IMG/VR virus record: IMGVR_UViG_3300042406_002067
Source of the DNA: an uncultured virus (IMG/VR IMGVR_UViG_3300042406_002067)
Taxonomy: Duplodnaviria; Heunggongvirae; Uroviricota; Caudoviricetes
Reading direction: 5' to 3' (one strand)
DNA length: 64,000 bases
Part shown: piece by piece, positions 28,954-36,321 of the stretch
Layout: each line of letters opens with the position of its first letter
How positions within the stretch are numbered: position 1 is the first letter of the stretch
Position numbers and translations under genes: made by a program
Notes under the pieces: generated by a model
Databases searched by the model: none
What the model was told of the DNA's origin: nothing
Seen by the model: only the letters and a program-made list of their open reading frames with translations

Positions 28954-28964
28954 AAATAAAAAAA

Positions 28965-29531
28965 ATGACAAAGAAAAAAATAATCAAAACAGTACAACCA
29001 GAAGGTCCATTAAAAGTTGATTTAGCATGTGGACAAAACAAGCAACCAGGATTTATTGGCGTTGATATAGCAGGAGATTGTGATATTAAACACGATTTGT
29101 TTAACAACTTTCCTTATCCATTCGAAGATAATACGGTAGATGAAATATTTTCATCACATTTTATTGAACATATTCCTATGGAGTTTATAAATGGAAAAGA
29201 TAAACTATTTGCATTTATTGATGAATGCTACCGAATTTTAAAGCCAGGAGGCAAAGTAACATTAATATTCCCAAACTGTACAAGTACAAGAGCATTTCAA
29301 GATCCAACACATCGTAGATTTATTCCGGCACAAACTGTATTGTATTTTAACAAAGCATGGAGAGAAGTAAATAAATTAGACCATTACAATGTTAAATGTG
29401 ATTTTGATTATGTTGTTGGCGAAGCCGTTAATGGAAATTGGGTTGCACGATCATTAGAGGCAAAACAATTTGCAGGTTCTCACTATTGGAATGTAGTTGA
29501 TGATTTACACTTTATTTTAACTAAAAAATAA
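28965..29531 (+). CDS. class I SAM-dependent methyltransferase
   Basis: VDLACG, PFEDNTVDEIFSSHFIEH, ECYRILKPGG, DPTH. Confidence 0.8.
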   Translation: MTKKKIIKTVQPEGPLKVDLACGQNKQPGFIGVDIAGDCDIKHDLFNNFPYPFEDNTVDEIFSSHFIEHIPMEFINGKDKLFAFIDECYRILKPGGKVTLIFPNCTSTRAFQDPTHRRFIPAQTVLYFNKAWREVNKLDHYNVKCDFDYVVGEAVNGNWVARSLEAKQFAGSHYWNVVDDLHFILTKK

Positions 29532-29541
29532 AACTAAAAGA

Positions 29542-29925
29542 ATGACGCAATTAGAACTTTTAACAACCGAAGGTGATATAGTAATATCTGATTGTCCTGT
29601 AACAAATTATGGACGAATTGCACGTGTTGTACAAGAATGGAATCCAATGACAAAGGAGGTTAAATTAAATTGTTGGGTGTGTTATATGCAAAATGGTGAA
29701 CGAATAAACTCAAAGCGTTTTACTCCATACAATGTAATATTAAAAGCAACAAAAGATACATTTGTAAATGCAAACACAGGTGAATTTGTCGATTCATCCG
29801 TTGCAGATGCAATACCAGAATATGATTTCTTCGTTGCAATGGCAAATAACAATATTAATATTTTCCAAGTAATTTTAAATACTGTATTGTTAAGGGATTC
29901 GCAAGGTCGATTTAATTTAGATTAA
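29542..29925 (+). CDS. hypothetical protein
   Basis: ORF in operon. Confidence 0.6.
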   Translation: MTQLELLTTEGDIVISDCPVTNYGRIARVVQEWNPMTKEVKLNCWVCYMQNGERINSKRFTPYNVILKATKDTFVNANTGEFVDSSVADAIPEYDFFVAMANNNINIFQVILNTVLLRDSQGRFNLD

Positions 29926-30269
29926 TGGGCGTATTATTGCACATAATAGCAAAAATATTATTATTGGCATTAACTCCAATAGGTATTATTTATTCATTAT
30001 TTAGAAATATCAATGTAAATTCATATTTTAAAAATACTGCAATAAGTATAGATATACTTGGCAATGTTGTTTTGCAGCATTTATTAAATGATATTTTGAT
30101 TAAAAAAGATGGATATTTGTTCGGAAATAAAAAACAAACAATTTCTTATGTAATTGCAATAAACCATAACTTAAAAAAACTTACATTTGTAGGAAATTCT
30201 TTAGCATATATTTTAGAATTATTTGATAAAGGGCATTTACAAAAATCAATTCAATTAAACACAAATTAA
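29925..30269 (+). CDS. phage membrane protein
   Basis: TM; AISIDILGNV..FGN..TIS pattern. Confidence 0.6.
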   Translation: MGVLLHIIAKILLLALTPIGIIYSLFRNINVNSYFKNTAISIDILGNVVLQHLLNDILIKKDGYLFGNKKQTISYVIAINHNLKKLTFVGNSLAYILELFDKGHLQKSIQLNTN

Positions 30270-30277
30270 AAAAAAAA

Positions 30278-30598
30278 ATGAGAAAAATTAAGCTAACATT
30301 ATTGGATCGATTAATGATTCCAAACATATTGAAAAAAGAGGGTAATTACTCTCAAATGATTATTAATAAGGACATTACACAAAAATGCCAATTAACCCAA
30401 AAAGAATTAAAAGAGTTTGAAATAATTGAATTTGGAAACCAACTAAGATGGAATGAAAAAGGTTCAAAAGCATCATTTTTAATAGAATTTAGCGAATTAG
30501 AATTAAACGAAATTCGCGAAGGATTAAAAAAGTTGAATGATGAAAATAAATTATCAGTTGATTTAGTGCCTATTTACGAAATATTTGTAAACAAATAA
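30278..30598 (+). CDS. hypothetical protein
   Basis: ORF in operon. Confidence 0.6.
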   Translation: MRKIKLTLLDRLMIPNILKKEGNYSQMIINKDITQKCQLTQKELKEFEIIEFGNQLRWNEKGSKASFLIEFSELELNEIREGLKKLNDENKLSVDLVPIYEIFVNK

Positions 30599-30615
30599 AA
30601 TAATACTTAACTTTG
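30584..30615 (+). promoter_or_regulatory. Bacteroidota sigma70 promoter
   Basis: TTTG-N20-TAACTTTG. Confidence 0.55.
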
Positions 30616-30636
30616 CAACAAACGCAAAACAAAAAT

Positions 30637-30894
30637 ATGATTTTTAAACAACTTGCCAATGCAATAATTGAGCATCCTGGAGTATCTGGATTGTTAAGTT
30701 CAATTACCACAGGATTAATTGCTATGATAAATATTCCACAATCAACCGAAATTGCCGAATTTATTGGCGTAGTAATAAAAGATGTAGGCTTATTGGCAGG
30801 TAGTAGTGTTGCTGTTGCATCATTTTTTAGCTATTTAAGCAAACGCAAAATAGAAAAGAAAAACCGCGATGGGAACAATAGCCAACATAGTTAA
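30637..30894 (+). CDS. small two-TM holin-like protein
   Basis: ATG 30637 downstream of the promoter; two hydrophobic segments, basic tail. Confidence 0.45.
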   Translation: MIFKQLANAIIEHPGVSGLLSSITTGLIAMINIPQSTEIAEFIGVVIKDVGLLAGSSVAVASFFSYLSKRKIEKKNRDGNNSQHS

Positions 30895-31108
30895 AGTATT
30901 TACTAATGATGAATTAGCAAGCCAATCCGTTATTAATTTTCGCAGAGCACAATGCAATACATGCCAATTTAAAAATGGCAAATGGTGCGGAAAACCAATA
31001 GTAGGAAATTTTGTAACACATAATAATAAAACAATAAAATTGTGTGGTTGCATTACAGACGAAAAAACAGAATTAAAAAAACAATATTGCCCAGCAAATA
31101 GATGGTAA
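30869..31108 (+). CDS. Cys-rich small protein
   Basis: R..C..C...C...CGC....K......CP..RW. Confidence 0.65.
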   Translation: MGTIANIVKVFTNDELASQSVINFRRAQCNTCQFKNGKWCGKPIVGNFVTHNNKTIKLCGCITDEKTELKKQYCPANRW

Positions 31109-31254
31109 ATTTACTCGAACATAAACGCATGCAAACCGCAATTACATTGCTAACAGTAGCATTTTTTGCATTAAGCATCTGGAATATATGGCAAGCCCAT
31201 AAATACCGCAGATTACAATATGAGCTTGATTTGAAAAAATCGAGCATGGCGTAA
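31102..31254 (+). CDS. 50-aa single-TM protein (not in ORF track)
   Basis: MVNLLEHKRMQTAITLLTVAFFALSIWNIWQAHK... Confidence 0.5.
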   Translation: MVNLLEHKRMQTAITLLTVAFFALSIWNIWQAHKYRRLQYELDLKKSSMA

Positions 31255-31280
31255 TTGTTAATAAAATAAATTTGCTGAAA

Positions 31281-31311
31281 TTTGCAAGTATAAAATAAAC
31301 CATTATATTTG
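31281..31311 (+). promoter_or_regulatory. Bacteroidota sigma70 promoter reading into the cassette array
   Basis: TTTG-N19-TATATTTG. Confidence 0.7.
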
Positions 31312-31315
31312 CCAC

Positions 31316-31448
31316 GGTTAAACATTCAAAAAATGGGAAATTTGAACTGTAACGAAATAAGAAGCATCCCGAAATTGGCGATGGTTTTCATGTGTGGTTT
31401 CCCATTTCCACTATTGTTTACCTAGCCGTTTCGGGATGCTTTGTTTTT
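31316..31448 (+). promoter_or_regulatory. structured leader / attenuator-like RNA
   Basis: 13-bp stem AAGCATCCCGAAA (31362-31374) / TTTCGGGATGCTT (31429-31441) + T-rich tail; loop TTTCCCATTT is complementary to upstream AAATGGGAAA. Confidence 0.55.
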
Positions 31449-31464
31449 ATATAAAAATTGGAAA

Positions 31465-31764
31465 ATGAGTAATGTTGTATTAATTAATGGCGTTCAGTAT
31501 CAAAAAAACGAACCAAAACAAAAGCAAAGTTCGTATGCAACCAGGCGCATGTTGGGGATAGCAGCAATTGCTGCAGCAGTTGATCCATACGGCCATAATG
31601 GTTATGGAGGAAGTTCATACTTTAGGCAACGCCCTGCAGTAGATATTGTTAAGGAATATGAATTAATACAGCAAAAAAAATCAAAATTATCACGTAGCGA
31701 CCGCGAATGGGTTATACGTACATTCGAAAGCAACTATACAAAAATGGAGGACCAATGTTCATAA
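31465..31764 (+). CDS. hypothetical phage protein
   Basis: DIVKEYELIQQKKSKLSRSDREWV; ATG 31465. Confidence 0.65.
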   Translation: MSNVVLINGVQYQKNEPKQKQSSYATRRMLGIAAIAAAVDPYGHNGYGGSSYFRQRPAVDIVKEYELIQQKKSKLSRSDREWVIRTFESNYTKMEDQCS

Positions 31765-31958
31765 TAAAATACAACGGAATATTCGAATACGGATCAGTAC
31801 GTTTTTGGTTGTTTTGTAAGCCAAAAAATCACAATCCAACAAAATTCAAGTTCAAATGGATTGCTCAATTTTGGTGCAACATAGCAAATTCAGTTGATAC
31901 CGATTTTAAAACATACTATGTATCTGAATTGCTAAAGGAACAAGAAAATCAAATATAA
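31755..31958 (+). CDS. hypothetical protein; stop codon lies in the distal recombination core site
   Basis: ATG 31755; TAA 31956-31958 overlaps AAC 31957-31959. Confidence 0.55.
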   Translation: MFIIKYNGIFEYGSVRFWLFCKPKNHNPTKFKFKWIAQFWCNIANSVDTDFKTYYVSELLKEQENQI

Positions 31959-32010
31959 CGATTTGCGTATAAGAGCCGTTTTTTCAATGGTTTCTTATAC
32001 GCTGTTAGCA
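31953..32010 (-). repeat. attC-like site 3 (distal, 58 bp)
   Basis: AAC 31957-59, stem GCGTATAAGA-GCCGTT / AATGGT-T-TCTTATACGC, GTT 32004-06. Confidence 0.8.
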
Positions 32011-32035
32011 GATGTAAAATTTAACTTTTAAAGCG

Positions 32036-32227
32036 ATGGCAAACGAAATTATATTAAGAGCATACAAGAAAAGAGCAAAGGCATTACAGCGTAGAATTAG
32101 TGCTGAACAAGATGTAAATAAACGACTAAAGAATTTACTTGCACAATGTGAACAGCAGATTCCTAAAGGATTATTGAAAGAGCTTGTTAAGCACGAATTA
32201 GAAATGTTGAAATATAAGTACTACTAA
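32036..32227 (+). CDS. cassette C ORF, small coiled-coil hypothetical protein
   Basis: Fills the space between attC3 and attC2. Confidence 0.65.
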   Translation: MANEIILRAYKKRAKALQRRISAEQDVNKRLKNLLAQCEQQIPKGLLKELVKHELEMLKYKYY

Positions 32228-32254
32228 GTGCGGTGGCAGTTAAATTTTATTTCA

Positions 32255-32309
32255 TATAAACGTTTTGCAGCTAATAAATCGGCTTGCTGTTTATTAGGTG
32301 CTGTTATAA
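32255..32309 (-). repeat. attC-like site 2 (55 bp)
   Basis: AAC-GTTTTGCAG-CTAATAAA..TTTATTAG-GTGCT-GTT. Confidence 0.85.
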
Positions 32310-32359
32310 GCTGACGGTTACGAATTTTACTATGGAAAATTAATTTAAAAAATAAAGAT

Positions 32360-32668
32360 ATGAAAACAGAAAAACTAAAACAAACTTGCGAAAATTGTAA
32401 ACATTGGAAAAACAACCAATCAGAATTAGAGTATTGCCAAAACTCAGGAATATGTACAAGTTACAAATTGAAGTTTACAACTACCAATTATCAATCTGCT
32501 TATTTACTAGATAGAAATAATAGACACGATGTTAAATATAAAGGAGTTCAAAGATTTGAAAACACATCTAATGAAGTGCCTTTTGGTAAAGTAGAAAGAA
32601 GCCAGTATTGTTTAGTTACTGATAGTGATTTTGGATGTATAAATTTTAGCAAAACTGTTTCAAAATAG
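32360..32668 (+). CDS. cassette B ORF, Cys-containing hypothetical protein
   Basis: CENCKHW..GIC..FGCINF. Confidence 0.7.
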   Translation: MKTEKLKQTCENCKHWKNNQSELEYCQNSGICTSYKLKFTTTNYQSAYLLDRNNRHDVKYKGVQRFENTSNEVPFGKVERSQYCLVTDSDFGCINFSKTVSK

Positions 32669-32679
32669 CTACCGTTTGC

Positions 32680-32811
32680 TTATAACGTTTTGCAGCTATA
32701 TTTAGTTGCGGACTTAAAAAAACAAAACTTTAAATTTAGAACAAATGAAAATAGAAAAACAAAACTTTAGTGAAGCAGAAAGTCCGCAATTGAATATAGG
32801 TGCTGTTAGGC
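32680..32811 (-). repeat. attC-like site 1 (132 bp, long loop)
   Basis: AAC-GTTTTGCAG-CTATATTTAGTTGCGGACTT...AAGTCCGCAATTGAATATAG-GTGCT-GTT; outer arms identical to site 2. Confidence 0.85.
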
Positions 32812-33272
32812 GTAGTTTTCCTTTCAAGTATGATTGGAGTGAAAAGCAGTTTTTTATTTATGCTTGTTTCGTAGATGATTTACAACAGTTCTACAATGAT
32901 TGGGTAGAACAAGGCAGAAAAGCAGGTAGAATACAATTTTTTGACATTGGAAGCGATGGGAAATTAACTCATAAATATTGGCAACCTTCAAGTATTTGTT
33001 GCGAAAGTGGCGAAGTATTAACAAAAGAAAATATTGATGTAAAAGTAGGTTATTGGTTGCCTTATTTATGGAAGCCAATACGAAAAGATTTAAAACAACA
33101 AGCAATGAAGTTTGAAGCGTTGGAATGCCAAAAAATTGATTGCAGTTGTAATGATTGTAAACACTTAGATAGGGCAAAAAGTTGGTGTAATAAGTTGAAT
33201 AAAAAAACAAGCATAAATGAAAACTTATGTCATCCACAAAATCAAAACTGCTTTGAACACAGGCGGTCTTAA
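32745..33272 (+). CDS. cassette A ORF, Cys-rich hypothetical protein; starts inside the attC1 loop
   Basis: ATG 32745 is in the loop; SPQLNIGAVRRSF is encoded by the attC arm. Confidence 0.7.
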   Translation: MKIEKQNFSEAESPQLNIGAVRRSFPFKYDWSEKQFFIYACFVDDLQQFYNDWVEQGRKAGRIQFFDIGSDGKLTHKYWQPSSICCESGEVLTKENIDVKVGYWLPYLWKPIRKDLKQQAMKFEALECQKIDCSCNDCKHLDRAKSWCNKLNKKTSINENLCHPQNQNCFEHRRS

Positions 33273-33278
33273 AATTAC

Positions 33279-33310
33279 GCCTAACTACTATATAGATAAA
33301 ACAGTCTAAA
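33279..33310 (-). other. attI-like primary recombination site
   Basis: Minus strand ...TTTATCTATATAGTA-GTTAGGC: a GTTRRRY core with no partner palindrome, ~50 bp upstream of the recombinase ATG. Confidence 0.6.
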
Positions 33311-33336
33311 ACAACAATAAAACAAGGAGGTTCAAA

Positions 33337-34218
33337 ATGGAATTTCGAAAATGGTATGATAAATATTCGACAGATTGCAAGTTAAAATATCCAAGTGAGC
33401 GAACACAAGAAAATTATTTGTGTTCGGTTGGAACATTCTTAAAATATTTTAGCAGCGAAACAGAGCCAAAAGCAATTTCAACGCAAAAAATTAAAGAATG
33501 GCTATTAACGTTTCCAACAATAAATACGCGTAACCATAAACTATGCGCAATAAAATCCTTTTATTCCATAACAGTTGGAATGCCCATTAAATTAGAAAAA
33601 ATCCCTTTTTCTAAAAAAGACAAAAAATTGCCAATCGTTTTGTCGGTCCAAGAAATACAAAAAATGTTTGATGTATGTGCAAACCTAAAGCACAAAGTAA
33701 TATTATCGCTACTTTACTCATGCAGCTTACGTGTTTCCGAATTAATAAACCTTAAATGGCAACACATTGATCGTAGTAGGATGATAATAAATATCATTCA
33801 AGCAAAAGGCAAAAAAGATAGGCAAGTTCCACTTGATCCAGATTTAATAAAATTGTTGGAAGCATATTATTATCAATACAAATCCCAAACGTATGTATTA
33901 AACGGACAATTTGATATTCAATATACCGAAAGCAGCGTAAATCAGGTTTTAAAACAATTGGCCGATAAAGCCGGAATTTGCAACAAGCGAATATATGCTC
34001 ACCTTATACGCCACACAAGTGCTACGCACATGGTAGAATATGGTACAGATATTAATTTAATACAACGATTATTAGGGCACAACAATGTAAAAACAACAAA
34101 TATTTACTTACATTTGAGCCACAATACAATTAGTAAAATCCAAACACCAATATCACATATAAATTTAAACTCAAATGGACCAACTACGCACCGAACCATG
34201 GCTTACCGAGGAAGCTAA
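33337..34218 (+). CDS. tyrosine recombinase/integrase (XerD-like with IntI-type N-terminal domain, lacking the IntI-specific insertion)
   Basis: SERTQENY, KLPIVLS, SLRVSE (R), KGKKDR (K), HLIRH, LLGH, TTNIY (Y). Confidence 0.92.
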   Translation: MEFRKWYDKYSTDCKLKYPSERTQENYLCSVGTFLKYFSSETEPKAISTQKIKEWLLTFPTINTRNHKLCAIKSFYSITVGMPIKLEKIPFSKKDKKLPIVLSVQEIQKMFDVCANLKHKVILSLLYSCSLRVSELINLKWQHIDRSRMIINIIQAKGKKDRQVPLDPDLIKLLEAYYYQYKSQTYVLNGQFDIQYTESSVNQVLKQLADKAGICNKRIYAHLIRHTSATHMVEYGTDINLIQRLLGHNNVKTTNIYLHLSHNTISKIQTPISHINLNSNGPTTHRTMAYRGS

Positions 34219-34705
34219 CATAATACTTCAAAAAATAATTGATAATGGCAAAGATTTGCGTATTTTCGAATACGGAATGGGAGCAAGCACCATTTGGTTT
34301 TTAAAACAAAAAAATGTAAAATTGCTGCATTCCGTGGAGCACGATCCCGAATGGTTTAATTATATTAAAGAAGAAGCTGCAGAACTTTCAAAAACAAAAG
34401 AAACTTCATTGATTTTAGCAGATCAACCATACCACAATTCAATTACAAATATCCAATTCGATATTATTTTGGTAGATGGACGTAATCGCAATTTATGCAT
34501 TCAATCAGCAACACGCCATTTAGCCCCAAATGGCTTTATAATATTGGATAATTCCGAACGCGAGCATTATGCACCAGGAAAGCAATTATTAGAAAGATGG
34601 TGGAAAAAATACACGCACCAGCCAAATCCCGACAAATACGGATTCACTTATCCAGGATGGGAAACAACAATATATGTAAAAGGAGAAATACCAAAATACC
34701 TTTAA
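34175..34705 (+). CDS. class I SAM methyltransferase (glycan O-methyltransferase-like)
   Basis: FEYGMGASTIWF, SVEHDPEW, DIILVDGRNR, LDNSER. Confidence 0.75.
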   Translation: MDQLRTEPWLTEEANIILQKIIDNGKDLRIFEYGMGASTIWFLKQKNVKLLHSVEHDPEWFNYIKEEAAELSKTKETSLILADQPYHNSITNIQFDIILVDGRNRNLCIQSATRHLAPNGFIILDNSEREHYAPGKQLLERWWKKYTHQPNPDKYGFTYPGWETTIYVKGEIPKYL

Positions 34706-34709
34706 TAAA

Positions 34710-35498
34710 ATGAAAATAGCATTATTTATTACAGCAACCGGTAAATACACCGAGTTTCTTCCAAAATTAATCCAATCGGCCGATCAATATTTTTTGCCAC
34801 AACAGGAAGTTGTTTACGTTATATTTGTTTCCGATATAGCAACACCACTTCCAGAAACAAAAAGAAGCATTGAATACATCGAAGTAGAGCATAAGCCATT
34901 CCCAGAAGCATCCATGTGGCGTTCGTATTTTTATTCAAAATACCTTTCCGATTTTAATCACTACGAAAAATTTACACATTGCTTTGCAATTGATGCCGAT
35001 GCTTATTTTGCTTCCGAAATCACTCCTTTAATATGTAAGCATCATATTGTTTGTGTTGCACATGGCGCATACATAAATAGAACAGCTGCAGCACCATTTG
35101 AAACAAACGCCAATTCATCATGCTTCGTTTACAAGCCAACAATGTATGTAGGAGGTGGATTTTATGGAGGACAAACGTATAATTTTAAAGTTATGTGCGG
35201 CTTAATGTTTTTATACATTCAAAACGATAAATTTGCAGGAATTACACCAATTTGGCACGATGAATCAGCAATCAATAAATTTGTGAGTAATAATGAATCT
35301 TTGGTGAAAATTCTCCCACCAACCTACCATTATTGCGAGCACGAACCAGGTAAACTAAACCCATACATGTACGAACTTTGGATGGAAAATAAAGAATACA
35401 TTCTGCAGCGTTGGGCAATAGAACCACCATTTACACCAAAAATTATATTCATAGATAAAGACAAAGCAGCAAAAGGAAGCAATTATTACCGTAATTAA
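34710..35498 (+). CDS. family 6 glycosyltransferase (ABO-type alpha-1,3-Gal/GalNAc transferase-like)
   Basis: ATGKY..F..SADQYFL, IDAD, GGGFYGG, WHDESAINKF. Confidence 0.8.
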   Translation: MKIALFITATGKYTEFLPKLIQSADQYFLPQQEVVYVIFVSDIATPLPETKRSIEYIEVEHKPFPEASMWRSYFYSKYLSDFNHYEKFTHCFAIDADAYFASEITPLICKHHIVCVAHGAYINRTAAAPFETNANSSCFVYKPTMYVGGGFYGGQTYNFKVMCGLMFLYIQNDKFAGITPIWHDESAINKFVSNNESLVKILPPTYHYCEHEPGKLNPYMYELWMENKEYILQRWAIEPPFTPKIIFIDKDKAAKGSNYYRN

Positions 35499-35583
35499 CA
35501 TTCAATTGTTAATAAGTAAATTAAAATAAAGTTTGCATATTACAAATAAAGGTTTAATATTGCCTAAAATTTACATACAAAAA

Positions 35584-36318
35584 ATGGGAAATAATCATGT
35601 ATATGTGCTTTTAGCCGTTCGTAATGGCGAACGCTACATTAGATACGCTATTGAAAGCGTTCTAAACCAAACCCACCAAAATTTTAATATTTTTATTCTT
35701 GTAAACGGATGCACCGACAATACTCAAAAAATTGTTAATGAATATTCTGTTCAATATCCTACTAAAATAAAGGATTTTACAATGCTAAACGATGCAAATA
35801 AATCAGGATCGTTAAATTATGGAATATCAATTGCATTAGATTATGCAAGTAAACTTTATGGATTTCCAAAATCAGAATGGTTTGCAATCCAGGATGCAGA
35901 TGATGTATGGCATCCAACAAAGCTGGAAGAACAATTAAAATATGCCAATGCATACGATGTTATTGGTACCGATTGTTATTATATTGATGCACAAAGCAAA
36001 GAAATAGAAATAAATCCACGCCCACGCCCATTTTTGCACGATAAAATAGTAGAAGATGCCTACAATGGGCACAATCCAATTGTAAATTGCAGCGCACTTA
36101 TTCGTGCCAATTTAATGCAGCAATTTCCATACAATCCCGAACTTGATGGAATAGAAGATTATGATTTATGGCTACGCATTATGCGTTATACCGATAGTAA
36201 ATTCATAAATATTCCACAAAAATTAGTGGACCACCGAATTCATGCAAATAGCCATTTTAATACAAAAAATTACACCGAAAAAATAAATCAATTAATTCAA
36301 ACCTATAAACAAAAATAA
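35584..36318 (+). CDS. family 2 glycosyltransferase
   Basis: AVRNGERYI..AIESVLNQT, QDADD, EDYDLWLR. Confidence 0.85.
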   Translation: MGNNHVYVLLAVRNGERYIRYAIESVLNQTHQNFNIFILVNGCTDNTQKIVNEYSVQYPTKIKDFTMLNDANKSGSLNYGISIALDYASKLYGFPKSEWFAIQDADDVWHPTKLEEQLKYANAYDVIGTDCYYIDAQSKEIEINPRPRPFLHDKIVEDAYNGHNPIVNCSALIRANLMQQFPYNPELDGIEDYDLWLRIMRYTDSKFINIPQKLVDHRIHANSHFNTKNYTEKINQLIQTYKQK

Positions 36319-36321
36319 AAA

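Larger units (their letters stand above)
31953..34218 (-). mobile_element. integron-like element: three attC-delimited cassettes + attI-like site + tyrosine recombinase
   Basis: Three AAC...GTT imperfect palindromes; the two ends of each cassette are mutually complementary; recombinase gene adjacent and divergent from the canonical (minus) array direction. Confidence 0.8.

Noticed and set aside
32854..33237. 127-aa minus-strand ORF as the canonical-orientation cassette gene
   Set aside because: Shadow-like composition; the + strand ORF has coherent Cys motifs and ends neatly before the core site
31953..33285. Repeats as a CRISPR array or plain terminators
   Set aside because: The spacers are whole genes, the repeats vary in length, no cas genes were seen, and the hairpins lack U-tails but carry AAC/GTT cores
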